DNA of 64,000 nucleotides from a virus (IMGVR_UViG_3300028048_000123:1-64000), one strand, 5' to 3'; positions 11,746 to 21,523 are shown, counted from the stretch's first letter. Notes: generated by a model from the sequence alone, not told the origin. Numbers and translations: made by a program.

Positions 11746-12382
11746 TTCTTATTAATTCCTTTACTTTTTTGTAAAATTGATCATGTGTATTTTCTGTATA
11801 ATCTAAATCAGTAATTATAACATGCTTTAAGCCAAGCTCTTTCGCTAAGCTATTAAACTCACTGCTGTAAAAATTTCATCAGCTAGTAGCTAGACTATGT
11901 TGGGTACTAATAAAGATAACTTTGTCTAAAATATTATATTTTTTTAAGCAATCAATAATATTTAGGACTTGGCCCCTATTTAGCTTATGTGTCAGTCTAT
12001 CTACATCATTTTCATTTAAGTTAATAGTAAAATAAGATACTCTATCGGTTTTAACATCTTCAAAAAAACTTAAAAATGTATCATATCTTTTTTGTAACTC
12101 CTCCTGGTATGCCGGTAAAGTTGGGTTATTATGCACTATTTGCACATATTTAAATTTATAGGCTACTTCAGAATCGCCAATAAAATTAGGGTTCCTTTTT
12201 GTGACTATTGCTTTATCTGCCCACTGTATAATACTCTTATAATATTGACCACTCAATAGTAGCTCAATACATCCACTACCATTTGTTACAACATTATCAA
12301 CAGGTCCTTTTAGCCTATTCTTGCCTAGATAACCAATACAGGCACAATTTCCACTAAGCTGCATAAATTTATAGTTTTCCAT
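11732..12382 (-). CDS. DUF1796-like (putative papain-like) protein, 216 aa; tandem TGA-TGA
   Basis: LSGNCAC...RLKGPVDN resembles the DUF1796 SLGxxC...PFDW start; frame continues past TGA-TGA (11876-11881) to TAG 11732, overlapping the next start. Confidence 0.4.
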
Positions 12383-12444
12383 TTATATTTCTTCCTATAA
12401 TTGAATATAGCTTCATTTTTCAGTGCTTAAGTCTTTCCTATGCA

Positions 12445-13365
12445 TTATCTCTTTCTTCCATATGTTCATTCGCCTGTCATATCATCTTTTCTTAGCTCAA
12501 AGCTTGGTGATTCAACTCAGCGTAATTTTTGGCAGTGTCTAAATATTGGTTCGCCTCTTTCCAAGAAGTTAAGCTGCTCATCACGGCTAAATACAATATG
12601 CTCTAAGTTTTCACAACGATAGAAAGCAAAATTGCCTATATGTTCAACACTAGCTGGTATAACTATTTCAGAAAGATTTTTACAGCGTCTAAATGCATCA
12701 TGCTCAATAGTTTTTAGTTTGGATGTTTCAGGCATGCCAAGCATTACCAAGTCAGCAGAAGCACAGCCACAGAAAGCACTTTTAGCAATGTATGTAACTG
12801 AATCTGGTATTATAATACGTTGTAATTTAGCACAGCCTGAAAAAGCATATTCTTCAATTCTATCTAAATTTTCTAATGCTTCTGTATTAACTCTTTCCAG
12901 TGCTGAGCAATCAAAGAAGGCTTCTTTACCAATAACTTTGCAGGTATGTGGCAAAATAACACTTTTTAATCCATGGCTTAACTCAAATGTTTTAGGTGGT
13001 AAATAATCTAACTTAGCAAGTATAAAAGCTTTTTCTAAGCTATCACATTCACTAAACACACCTAAGCCCAATTCTTTGACTGAAGCAGGTATAACAGCAG
13101 ATCCAGATAGCCATTTGCAGTTCACAAAAGCAGCTTCTTCTATAACTTCAACCTTATCTGGTATATTACAACTGCGAATTGCTGAGCCTTGAAAAGCAAA
13201 TTTTTCAATTTTAGTTAAGTCTAGTGGCAAATGCACTTCATCAGCTTGATGATTTCTAAAAGCTCTATCACCGATAATTTTTATATTATCTGGCACAACA
13301 ACAGTTTTTTCACCAATATCATTACACTTTAGTAGCTCATCTTTTTCTATTATAAATTCTTCCAT
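12445..13365 (-). CDS. BspA-type leucine-rich repeat protein 2, 306 aa; 2 TGA-Trp
   Basis: Repeated IxxxAFxxCxxLxxIxIPxSV units; reads through TGA 12517 to TAA 12445. Confidence 0.85.
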
Positions 13366-14288
13366 TATTTTTTAACCTCATAATCCCAGTTTATACCATC
13401 GTCTTTACACTTAAATGTAAAAGATGGGAAGTCTAATACTTGAAGCTTCTTACATTCAAAGAATACATCACGTGCTTGCCTTATAAATTTAACTTGGTCA
13501 TCACTTAAAAAGTTAACTCTTTTAAGCTCTTCACAGCCTCTAAAAACACCTTCACCAAGGTATTTAACACTTGCTGGCATAGTAAAGTCATATATAGCTG
13601 TATGTGCAAAAGCATAGTCTTCAATAGTTTCTAATTTAGAATCGGCTGCAGTAGATACAAAATTGATAGAGCTTAGCTTTGGACAGTTTGCAAAAGCAAA
13701 GCCCCCTATTCACTTAAGCTTATTGTTAAAGAAAATTCTTTGTAATCCACTATTTTTAAATGCAAATGCATGCATTGTCTCTAAGTTGTCAGGTAAATTA
13801 ATAGCTGAAAGCTCAGGACAATACGTAAAAGCTTCCTGACCAATAGCTGTTATATTATTACTTAGTCTTACATCCTTTAGCATTGCACAGCTTTTAAAAG
13901 TGCGATCTGGTAAAGTTTCTAATTCAGGACAATTTACAACAGCTGTTTCTAGTTTGTTACAGTCACAGAACACTGCAGTACCCATTTGCACTAAAGATTT
14001 AGGTAATGTAATTGTGTCGTGCAATTCATTACAGCCTACGAAAGCTCTATTACCAATCTCTTTTAAGCTTTCTGTAAATGTAACAGACTTTATGTCTGAA
14101 CGATAAAAAGCATTATCTTTAATAGCTACAATACCTGATAGCAATACACTATTAATTTTATTAGCATATCTAAAAGCATTTTGACCAATAGTAGTTAGTC
14201 CAGATGGTATTGTTATATTGTTTTCTGTATCATCTTCAGGTATATATAACTGCACTGTATTTTCAGATACTTTTAAATCATAGCTCAT
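13365..14288 (-). CDS. BspA-type leucine-rich repeat protein 1, 307 aa; 1 TGA-Trp
   Basis: Fragments 13710..14288 and 13365..13580 join via TGA; TIGQNAF/IGNRAF/IGQEAF repeats. Confidence 0.85.
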
Positions 14289-14316
14289 TTATTAGCTCTC
14301 CTTTTAAGCGATCGTA

Positions 14317-14326
14317 TAATTTAGCT
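14317..14326 (-). promoter_or_regulatory. Candidate late promoter (LRR-glycosyltransferase operon)
   Basis: AGCTAAATTA 29 nt before ATG 14288. Confidence 0.7.
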
Positions 14327-14353
14327 TATAATAAAGCAGTCATAAACAAAATC

Positions 14354-14380
14354 TGGGCTCATTATAAGCCCATTTTCAAG
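14354..14380. repeat. 27-bp palindromic element, copy 1
   Basis: tgggctcattataagcccattttcaag; one mismatch to 53414-53440. Confidence 0.85.
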
Positions 14381-14384
14381 CAGA

Positions 14385-14417
14385 AATAAAAGAAGCAGCT
14401 AAATCTATAACTGCTTC
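14385..14417 (-). terminator. Intrinsic terminator after the small-gene cluster
   Basis: gaagcag/ctgcttc stem plus U-rich tail. Confidence 0.55.
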
Positions 14418-14450
14418 ATATAAGTCAAATCTAAGCTATATTGATAAGCC

Positions 14451-14861
14451 TTAAGCTTTATTTCGCTTCTCTGGATAATGCGTGCATTTACTTTGATAGC
14501 CATAGCAATAACACTCATCTCTTTCTCTTGTGCCATTACATCTTTTATAAACAGGATCATAACACTTGCATTTATCTTCCATATCTAACGGTAATTTTTC
14601 AGCTGCATCAATTCCAGGCGCTAATGCTAGTGCTAAGGGTAATCTTTCAATTGTTTCAGTTCTAGACTCTAATGTTGTTAATTGCTTTTTTATTTCTTTA
14701 TGACAGTAAGGACAATACCAAGTTGCTTTGCCATTAATAGTTTTTTCTAATGATGTTACATCTTCTTGCTCAAATTCATATTCACACCCACAATATTCGC
14801 AGGTGTCTTTATAAATAACATGTGTTTCAAGCATTTTGCCATTTTTAATTATTTTAAACAT
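14451..14861 (-). CDS. Hypothetical Cys-rich protein (CEYC, CPYC, C-terminal Cys cluster), 136 aa
   Basis: Intact ORF with zinc-ribbon-like motifs. Confidence 0.7.
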   Translation of the reverse strand: MFKIIKNGKMLETHVIYKDTCEYCGCEYEFEQEDVTSLEKTINGKATWYCPYCHKEIKKQLTTLESRTETIERLPLALALAPGIDAAEKLPLDMEDKCKCYDPVYKRCNGTRERDECYCYGYQSKCTHYPEKRNKA

Positions 14862-15154
14862 TATTCCTCCTTTAACCCATGCAATCTTTTATAGTTGGCT
14901 ATTTCAGAATTTTTGCAACCATATCCGTTTTTGATTAATGCTTGACTAATACTTCTTTTGCCAGCTAATAAAGGTCGTAGAAAATTAGCTGAAATAGTTA
15001 ATCTTAAATTCATTTGTTTATTGTAAATAGTTGCTTTATAATACTTATGACTTCTACAAGCCTTTCCATTATAGCTAGTCTCATAATTCTTAGCTAAAAA
15101 AACATCTTCTACTACAAATCCTTCAAACTCTTTTCCTAAATACTTACTTTTCAT
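14861..15154 (-). CDS. Hypothetical protein, 97 aa
   Basis: Intact ORF, SD, translational coupling. Confidence 0.65.
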   Translation of the reverse strand: MKSKYLGKEFEGFVVEDVFLAKNYETSYNGKACRSHKYYKATIYNKQMNLRLTISANFLRPLLAGKRSISQALIKNGYGCKNSEIANYKRLHGLKEE

Positions 15155-15172
15155 TTTATTATCAATTTCTCC

Positions 15173-15388
15173 TTATATTTCTTTTGCTATACCTTTTCTT
15201 ACCCAATAAGTTTTTAATTTATTGAAGTGTTTATCTATTTCTATAATTGTGCAATCTCCAGTAGGCGAATACCAATCTGTATACCTAATAGGGTCTCTCC
15301 TTATTTCATTTAGACATTCTTCTAATGTATTGCCATAATATTTATATGCCGACACACAATCATTTACCATTACTTCTATTACATACAT
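15173..15388 (-). CDS. Hypothetical protein, 71 aa
   Basis: Intact ORF in a small-gene cluster. Confidence 0.6.
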   Translation of the reverse strand: MYVIEVMVNDCVSAYKYYGNTLEECLNEIRRDPIRYTDWYSPTGDCTIIEIDKHFNKLKTYWVRKGIAKEI

Positions 15389-15406
15389 ACTTTAATAAAC
15401 CATCTC

Positions 15407-15685
15407 TTATATTTTTCTTATACCATTTTCATATATTTCTATATTTCCGTCATCACAAATAGTTATTTTTTCATAACCTAATTCAGTTAATTCTTTAATA
15501 ACCTTTTCTTTTGATAATTTCTCATCATTACACATTAAAATAGAGCTATCATATATTCTTCTTTCAACTTCGTAAAGGTCAACATAATCTATACTACTAT
15601 CAAACTTGTAATACTTATCTTTTTCTTTTCTTACAATAGTCCAATCCCAAGCACTATCATATGAGCTTATAATTATCTCTTTCAT
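15407..15685 (-). CDS. Hypothetical protein, 92 aa
   Basis: SD AGGAGA, intact ORF. Confidence 0.65.
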   Translation of the reverse strand: MKEIIISSYDSAWDWTIVRKEKDKYYKFDSSIDYVDLYEVERRIYDSSILMCNDEKLSKEKVIKELTELGYEKITICDDGNIEIYENGIRKI

Positions 15686-15813
15686 TTTTAGTCTCCTGCA
15701 ACTTTATTAGTAGCTATATTCTAATATATTATACGCTGCAACAATTAAAAAAAGAGCAGTATTTATAAAATACCACTCTTTAACTTTAAAAAAACTTTAA
15801 AAAACAGATTAAA

Positions 15814-15924
15814 CTAATCTTCGTCTTCCCATCTTGCTTCTTCTTCAGCTTGTGCAGCTGCTTCATCATCCAAGATGCACAATGCAGCTAAAATAGCTAT
15901 TGCTGTACTGCTAATTCTTGACAT
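15814..15924 (-). CDS. Small 36-aa protein not in the ORF track
   Basis: SD AAGGAG, ATG 15924, TAG 15814: MSRISSTAIAILAALCILDDEAAAQAEEEARWEDED. Confidence 0.6.
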   Translation of the reverse strand: MSRISSTAIAILAALCILDDEAAAQAEEEARWEDED

Positions 15925-15973
15925 ATAATCTATCTCCTTGTAAAGTTTCTATTGAGCATTGCTGCCCTATTAT

Positions 15974-15982
15974 ATTATACAA
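15974..15982 (-). promoter_or_regulatory. Host sigma70/sigmaA-like -10 element (TTGTATAAT)
   Basis: TTGTATAATATAATA before the small-gene cluster; same pattern at 42821, 46355, 57321 and 63270. Confidence 0.55.
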
Positions 15983-15994
15983 TATTTTCTAGAG

Positions 15995-16807
15995 CTATTT
16001 GCTTGATATAAATATAACTTGCTCTGTATTGCATCCAAAGTGAGACTTATTTTCAAGGGTCTCAACTATATAATCTTTATATTTTTCTGTTTTATCTATA
16101 ACAAATAAATATTTTTCACATTTATAATTTTTTAAACAGGTATCAATCCATTCATCAGCTGATAATTCTTCAATATCTTGATGCCAATGTTCTTTATTAC
16201 CATAAGGTGGACAGGTAAAAAGACAATCAAATGTGCCCATTTCATATAATGAATTTTTGAGTAGCACCTCACTATTTCCAATATTTAAAGCATTAATTAA
16301 TTGGTTAGATTCTCGCACAGTAATAGAATTAATATCATAACCTATATATTTTTTATTTAAAGTAGCAGTTCCTAGTAGTCTTCCACTAAATCCGCAACAT
16401 GGATCAAAAATAGTGTCATATTTTTGTAAATATTTATTAATTAAATACTTAGCTAATGCTGGTTTAAAAATAGATACTTTAGGAGCCCTTCCAGAAACAT
16501 ATAATCCAGTTCTAATAGCTAATGCTGATAACTCTTTGGTAGCCATATATTTTAATCTATTTTGAATTACATAAGACATTATATTCGGATCTTGCCAAGC
16601 CTCTATTGGACTTTTATAGCCATAACGATTACAATGCCAGATTGATTTGTGATAGTTTTCAATTATGTTTAAGCCAGCTATGCTATTAACCTTCCTTGTA
16701 TGTAGTAGCTTTTTATAATCTTTAATAAGCTCTTCATTTGAAAAAGATTTATATGGAAAGGGGCTACTCATAGCCAAATTTAAATAGTGCTCTATTTCAT
16801 TAGTCAT
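15995..16807 (-). CDS. SAM-dependent DNA methyltransferase (N6A/N4C type)
   Basis: Motif I FDPCCGFSGRLLG and motif IV-like FTCPPY; ATG 16807 overlaps the upstream stop. Confidence 0.75.
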   Translation of the reverse strand: MTNEIEHYLNLAMSSPFPYKSFSNEELIKDYKKLLHTRKVNSIAGLNIIENYHKSIWHCNRYGYKSPIEAWQDPNIMSYVIQNRLKYMATKELSALAIRTGLYVSGRAPKVSIFKPALAKYLINKYLQKYDTIFDPCCGFSGRLLGTATLNKKYIGYDINSITVRESNQLINALNIGNSEVLLKNSLYEMGTFDCLFTCPPYGNKEHWHQDIEELSADEWIDTCLKNYKCEKYLFVIDKTEKYKDYIVETLENKSHFGCNTEQVIFISSK

Positions 16808-17675
16808 ATAATTCAGCCTCATTATAATATGTAATATAATTTAAGTTATTATCAAGAGCGGCCTTAAATTTAGCAGGGTCTCTAACTATCCATGTTTCTA
16901 TAGCATTTTGATAAAACTTACTATTTAATGCTTTTTGTTTCCAAATATCTAATTTTTTATTATCTTCTTCAGTGTCTTCAAAAGGCTTGCCACCATGTGT
17001 CCAATCTAAATTTAATTCTATAAATAGGTCCTTAGACGGTATATAAAAATCACATTCAAAAGGATAACGTGGATCTTCCCTATAGTGTCGTTTCACATCA
17101 TCTTTACCATACTGAGCTATTAATACCTCATAGTATCTATCTTCAGGCTTTGAACTGTTGAATGAATTATTAGCTTTCTTTGTAATATATTGTTTAGCTA
17201 ATACTTTTTGTTTAAAGTCTTCAGGCCATGGTCCTAAACAAATACCTTTATTCCATGGGTCTCCATAAGTTCTGCTTGCTAGTCTTTTTGCTTCAATAGC
17301 AGCTTTTTCTTCAGGAGTCTTATTTTGTTTTGTGTCTGAAATCTTTTGCTTTGTATCTTCAGAGTGATGCTTGCCTAGCCAGCCATTGCCAGTATGCTTA
17401 CCTTTATTCCAAGGCTCAACACCAAGGCCCTTACCCTTTCTACCGTCACTTACATGCTGGCTATAAATAGCTTTTTCTTCAGGCGATTTAGCTTGCTTTG
17501 TCTTTGAAATAGCTTTTTTACGCATATCATCTGATTTATGCAAATCAAATTGCTTTAAGTAACGGTTTATTGTAGCAGTGCTTACATTGAACTCTTTAGC
17601 AATTTCTGCTACTGTTTTATTTTCATTAATATATAATTTTTGTAATAAATATTTATCTGGTGTTATTTTAATCAT
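16800..17675 (-). CDS. Free-standing homing endonuclease-like protein (HTH, PWNKG/NUMOD3-like repeats, PD-(D/E)XK-like nuclease domain)
   Basis: PWNKG and HHSEDTKQKIS repeats; RYPFECDFYIP...FIELN nuclease segment. Confidence 0.7.
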   Translation of the reverse strand: MIKITPDKYLLQKLYINENKTVAEIAKEFNVSTATINRYLKQFDLHKSDDMRKKAISKTKQAKSPEEKAIYSQHVSDGRKGKGLGVEPWNKGKHTGNGWLGKHHSEDTKQKISDTKQNKTPEEKAAIEAKRLASRTYGDPWNKGICLGPWPEDFKQKVLAKQYITKKANNSFNSSKPEDRYYEVLIAQYGKDDVKRHYREDPRYPFECDFYIPSKDLFIELNLDWTHGGKPFEDTEEDNKKLDIWKQKALNSKFYQNAIETWIVRDPAKFKAALDNNLNYITYYNEAELYD

Positions 17676-17734
17676 GCTATTTTAACCTCTTTATATAATA
17701 TACAATATTATTTTATAAAATTTAGCATAAATAA

Positions 17735-17762
17735 TAAAAAGGGACCTCAAATTGAGGTCCCT
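17735..17762 (-). terminator. Strong intrinsic terminator after MCP
   Basis: Perfect gggacctcaa/ttgaggtccc stem plus U-tract. Confidence 0.85.
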
Positions 17763-17786
17763 TAGTTTTTGGTTTTCAGTTGTTAA

Positions 17787-19091
17787 CTAAGCAACAATCT
17801 TACCTGCAACTAGTAGTAAGTCATTTAATAATGCCTTAGAGTACCATGTTGAGAAGCCTTGTGCTAAGCCGCCATCTGGTGTACCTAGCAATTGTGTTGG
17901 AACGATTGCCATGTATGGGGCATAAACACCAGCTGAACTCATCATATCGTTGCCGTTTAGACCGAAGAAGAATTCACCTGATTGTAGTAATGGAGAAACG
18001 TAGATGTTTAAACCATCAAGTTCGCCTACCTTGTAAGGACCATTCATCTTAACATTCTTTACAGCTGTGAATCCGTTAACGAATCTTAAAACTGGAAGAA
18101 CATCAGCAGCGATTACCATGTAGTTTGGATGGAATTTCTTTGTTCTGTTGTAGATGATAGCCTTAGCTTTTTCGATGATTTCAAGGAAACCATTGTAGTG
18201 TTCAAACTTGCTAACGCCGATAGGTAATGTCTTTGACCAGATTAGCTCTTCATTAGCTTCACCAGCACCTTTGTATAGCATGTCTACGATTTCTGTATCG
18301 ATTTCGTATGCTAATTCACCACAAGCTTGTTCAGCGATTTGCTTATCAAGTGTGAAACCATAGTCTGTCTTAGCTTGGAATGCTGTGATTTGGTCATATC
18401 TTACAGCGATACGTCTTGGTTCAGCAACCAAAGCAATTCTTTCCATCTTTGGTCCAATTGTTGGGATGTCTTGTGCAGGAACATGTTCCATTTGGAATTC
18501 TTCAGAGAAGTATGCAACCTTAGCACCAGCTTCAACACCAGCCTTTAATTCGTCAGCTGTGATGTATTCAACTGTACCATCTGTCTTGATAACCTTAGCA
18601 TCCTTGCCACCTTCAAATCTGCCTGTAGCCATAGGAGTTAAAGCAACCTTACCGTCTGAACCAGCTGTCTCAATAATAACTTGAGATGTATAGTTCATTC
18701 TAGATTCTGTCATATCTCCTAAAGAGAATACGCTGTTGAAGTTGTCACCTTTCTTTACATCGCCCTTGTCTGTCTTAGCAACATACTTTAAGTAAGCGAT
18801 AGATCCAGAATAAGATGTCATTGGGTGAACGATAACTAAGTCGTTAGCGATTAATGATGGAACAGCAATGTTTGTTAGGTTTAAACAGAATTTCTTCCAG
18901 TCGCCTAAGTCAGCTCTTTCTGTAGCCATTGTGTTCATAGATTCAGTAATCCATCTGTTTGTGTTATCTAACAATACAGCTGTAGCTAGCTTTGTGTTGT
19001 TAGAAATTTGCTTGCCGTCATAGTTGTTAGCGATATAAGCTTCAGCAACCTTAATTTGACGTCCATAAGTTTCTAATAAATTTTGTCTCAT
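17787..19091 (-). CDS. Major capsid protein (T4 gp23-like), 434 aa
   Basis: EIDTEIV, YAPYMAIVP and QGFSTWY are gp23-like; downstream of the protease; strong terminator follows. Confidence 0.85.
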   Translation of the reverse strand: MRQNLLETYGRQIKVAEAYIANNYDGKQISNNTKLATAVLLDNTNRWITESMNTMATERADLGDWKKFCLNLTNIAVPSLIANDLVIVHPMTSYSGSIAYLKYVAKTDKGDVKKGDNFNSVFSLGDMTESRMNYTSQVIIETAGSDGKVALTPMATGRFEGGKDAKVIKTDGTVEYITADELKAGVEAGAKVAYFSEEFQMEHVPAQDIPTIGPKMERIALVAEPRRIAVRYDQITAFQAKTDYGFTLDKQIAEQACGELAYEIDTEIVDMLYKGAGEANEELIWSKTLPIGVSKFEHYNGFLEIIEKAKAIIYNRTKKFHPNYMVIAADVLPVLRFVNGFTAVKNVKMNGPYKVGELDGLNIYVSPLLQSGEFFFGLNGNDMMSSAGVYAPYMAIVPTQLLGTPDGGLAQGFSTWYSKALLNDLLLVAGKIVA

Positions 19092-19132
19092 ATTGTCCTC
19101 TTTTATATTAAATAGGTTATTTTATTTTTTTC

Positions 19133-21010
19133 TTATTTTTTCAAACCAGCTGATTCTAATACCCAGTCTGCAATTTCATATTCATTTGAATTATTTACTG
19201 CTTGTCTAGGTGCTTTTGCTTCAGTAATTTTAATGCCGCCCATACCTAAAGGTAATCTTGAGAATCCAACGCTTTCATTAAGCATTTTATCGCAAGTAGC
19301 ATCAATTTCCTTGATTGAATACTTTTCAGAAAGTCTGCTCTTAATATCAGCTGCTCTAACTCCTAGCATTTCTGCTTTTGATTCAATATATTTATTTAAT
19401 GTTTCATCAAGCTTAGCTTTATATTGTTTTGCAATATTAATTCCATCATTTGCTTTTTGCTTAGCTTTTGCTAATTGCTCTGATAGGCTAGCTTTTTCTT
19501 CATCAAATTCTTTTTGCATTAAATCAAGTTTTTCTGTTAATAGCTTAATCTTTCCATTATTTGCAGTATTTAAACTTTCATTTAAAGACTTAGAATTGTT
19601 GATTTGATTTGTTAACTCATTGATCTTTGCATCTTTTTGAGTTAATTGTTCTTGTAATTGTTTTGCTTCTTTTTCTATTGATTGTGATTTTGCAGCTACA
19701 CTGCTAACCCTAGCGAAGGCCATTTTATACTTATTAAGTTCTTCTTCTAATGATTTAACCTTAGTATCACTAACTGTCTTTTCTTTATTCAAAGACTTAA
19801 CTTGGTCTTCTAAAGTAGCTTTTTGTCGAATTGCTTCCTTTAAGCTATCAAATAGCTTGGCATCTTCTTCCCCATCATCAATGGCTGTTTCATCTGCTGG
19901 AGCTTCTTCTTGTTCAGCTTCTTCAGGTTCATCTATATCTGCGTTATCAATATTATCTTCGTTTGTTTCTGCCTCAGCTTCTGGTTCAACAAGTTCTGCT
20001 TCAACCTCTGGGAAAGTTTCTTCAACCTTGTTAACAACAATCTCATCGACTTTCTCTTTGATCTCATCAGCTTGCTCTTCAGTTGGTTCAGTAATCTCTT
20101 GAATAGCATCTGCTACCTCAGCAGCAGTCTCTTGAATTACTTCAGCACCTTCTTCGGCAGAAATTTGTGTATCTTCAGCTGGAGCTTCTGTTTCCACAAC
20201 TTCTTCTTCAGCTGTTGGCTCAACGATAGGTTCGATGCCTGCTTCAACTGCTGGAATTTCTTCCTCAGTTTCTTCATCATCTTCCCATTCTTCAGAAATT
20301 GGTGTAGTTTCAATGTCTGGGTCTTCAACAGGGACGTCTGATTCAATATCAGAAACGTCTTCTTTGATTACTTCATCGTCAAGCTTAATATCTAAGTTAT
20401 CTAGTGTATCTTTCATAACTAATTTATCTTCTTCATTAGCTTCATTTAAAGATTCAGTAAGAGCTTTCTTCATAGCTATACCTCTATTATCTAATGATTC
20501 GCACATAGCAAGTCTAGCTCTCTTCATAGCTGGTGTTCCAACAATGTCCCAAGTTTCTAAGAAGAATGTATCTGGATCAACTGAATTGTCAGGCATAACA
20601 TCACCAGAACCACGTGAACTAATACCAGGTGTAAATCCATAATCACAAAGAATCTTTAATAGCTTTCCATTAGGAGTGTCTAAAATGTCTACATAAGCAT
20701 ATAAGTCATCGTCAACAATTTTTGGCATTTCTGGAATACAAGCACAAACAAGCTTCATATCTGTTTCTTCTCTATCAGCTGGGTGTCCAAGCTCTAGGAA
20801 TAAACTTTTATTTGCAACCTTTTCTTTGAAGATGTCATCAGCTAATGCTTTTTCCCATAGCTCTCTATTATAAAGTCTTCCATTTCTTGTAGATTCCTTA
20901 CAAGTAGCAATAGGACCATATAATCTGCCAAGGATATGTCTCTTAGCTTTTTCTTCATCTGATAATGGTTGCATTTGTAGTGCTTCCAAAATTTTGTTAT
21001 TATTTGTCAT
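19133..21010 (-). CDS. Prohead protease (gp21-like) fused to acidic/coiled-coil scaffold, 625 aa
   Basis: NGRLY, ELGHP, GISSRGSG and WDIVGTPA are gp21 motifs, followed by an acidic linker and a long coiled coil. Confidence 0.85.
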   Translation of the reverse strand: MTNNNKILEALQMQPLSDEEKAKRHILGRLYGPIATCKESTRNGRLYNRELWEKALADDIFKEKVANKSLFLELGHPADREETDMKLVCACIPEMPKIVDDDLYAYVDILDTPNGKLLKILCDYGFTPGISSRGSGDVMPDNSVDPDTFFLETWDIVGTPAMKRARLAMCESLDNRGIAMKKALTESLNEANEEDKLVMKDTLDNLDIKLDDEVIKEDVSDIESDVPVEDPDIETTPISEEWEDDEETEEEIPAVEAGIEPIVEPTAEEEVVETEAPAEDTQISAEEGAEVIQETAAEVADAIQEITEPTEEQADEIKEKVDEIVVNKVEETFPEVEAELVEPEAEAETNEDNIDNADIDEPEEAEQEEAPADETAIDDGEEDAKLFDSLKEAIRQKATLEDQVKSLNKEKTVSDTKVKSLEEELNKYKMAFARVSSVAAKSQSIEKEAKQLQEQLTQKDAKINELTNQINNSKSLNESLNTANNGKIKLLTEKLDLMQKEFDEEKASLSEQLAKAKQKANDGINIAKQYKAKLDETLNKYIESKAEMLGVRAADIKSRLSEKYSIKEIDATCDKMLNESVGFSRLPLGMGGIKITEAKAPRQAVNNSNEYEIADWVLESAGLKK

Positions 21011-21052
21011 CTTTCTGTTTCCTTATTTTTAAATAAAAAACTTTAAATCAAT

Positions 21053-21062
21053 TAATTTAGCA
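21053..21062 (-). promoter_or_regulatory. Candidate late promoter (protease-MCP)
   Basis: TGCTAAATTA before ATG 21010. Confidence 0.7.
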
Positions 21063-21110
21063 TAAATTAGTAAGAATATTTCTAAAAATTGTAAAGTTTG
21101 TGTAAACTTA

Positions 21111-21377
21111 CTATTCTCCGATAACTACATCTTCACCAATGTATACTGTAATTTTTTGATCATCATCAGCTGGAACACCTGTTTTGCTTGTATAGATAAA
21201 GCCATCTTTAAAGTATACTAGCTTGATGCCTTCTAAATCAGCTTCGCCTTCACCAGCCTTAAATGTTAATGCTACGTCAGCATCAAAATCAGGAATATTA
21301 TTCTTTGTTCCAAAAATTTCCTTTGCGTTTGTCTTTACGAATTCGTAAGCTAACTTATAACCATTCTTAAAATACAT
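21111..21377 (-). CDS. Hypothetical protein, 88 aa
   Basis: SD AAGGAG, intact ORF, own upstream motif. Confidence 0.7.
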   Translation of the reverse strand: MYFKNGYKLAYEFVKTNAKEIFGTKNNIPDFDADVALTFKAGEGEADLEGIKLVYFKDGFIYTSKTGVPADDDQKITVYIGEDVVIGE

Positions 21378-21441
21378 AGTTGTGTATCTCCTTAATATAA
21401 AAATTTATTTTTATTTTGTGCTGCCATGAAACAACATCAAT

Positions 21442-21451
21442 TAATTTAGCT
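21442..21451 (-). promoter_or_regulatory. Candidate late promoter (88-aa gene)
   Basis: AGCTAAATTA, intergenic. Confidence 0.65.
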
Positions 21452-21468
21452 AATAATATATTTCAATA

Positions 21469-21502
21469 TAAAAAAATTAGGATGCTAATTGCACCCTAAT
21501 TT
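21469..21502 (-). terminator. Intrinsic terminator after the portal operon
   Basis: aattagg/cctaatt stem plus U-tract. Confidence 0.6.
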
Positions 21503-21523
21503 ATTGCTTGCCACAGTTGGCTA

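Noticed and set aside
12395-12445. 16-codon ORF coupled to the LRR2 stop
   Set aside because: Too short, no SD, and no recognisable features.
12823-12832. GCTAAATTA copy inside LRR2 (and the near-match at 26186)
   Set aside because: They fall within coding sequence and are compatible with the roughly one chance occurrence expected.
20137-20346. Alternative-frame minus ORFs (20137..20346, 22643..22891, 34535..34765, 58767..58949)
   Set aside because: They are nested out of frame in well-supported genes and are a by-product of biased codon usage.
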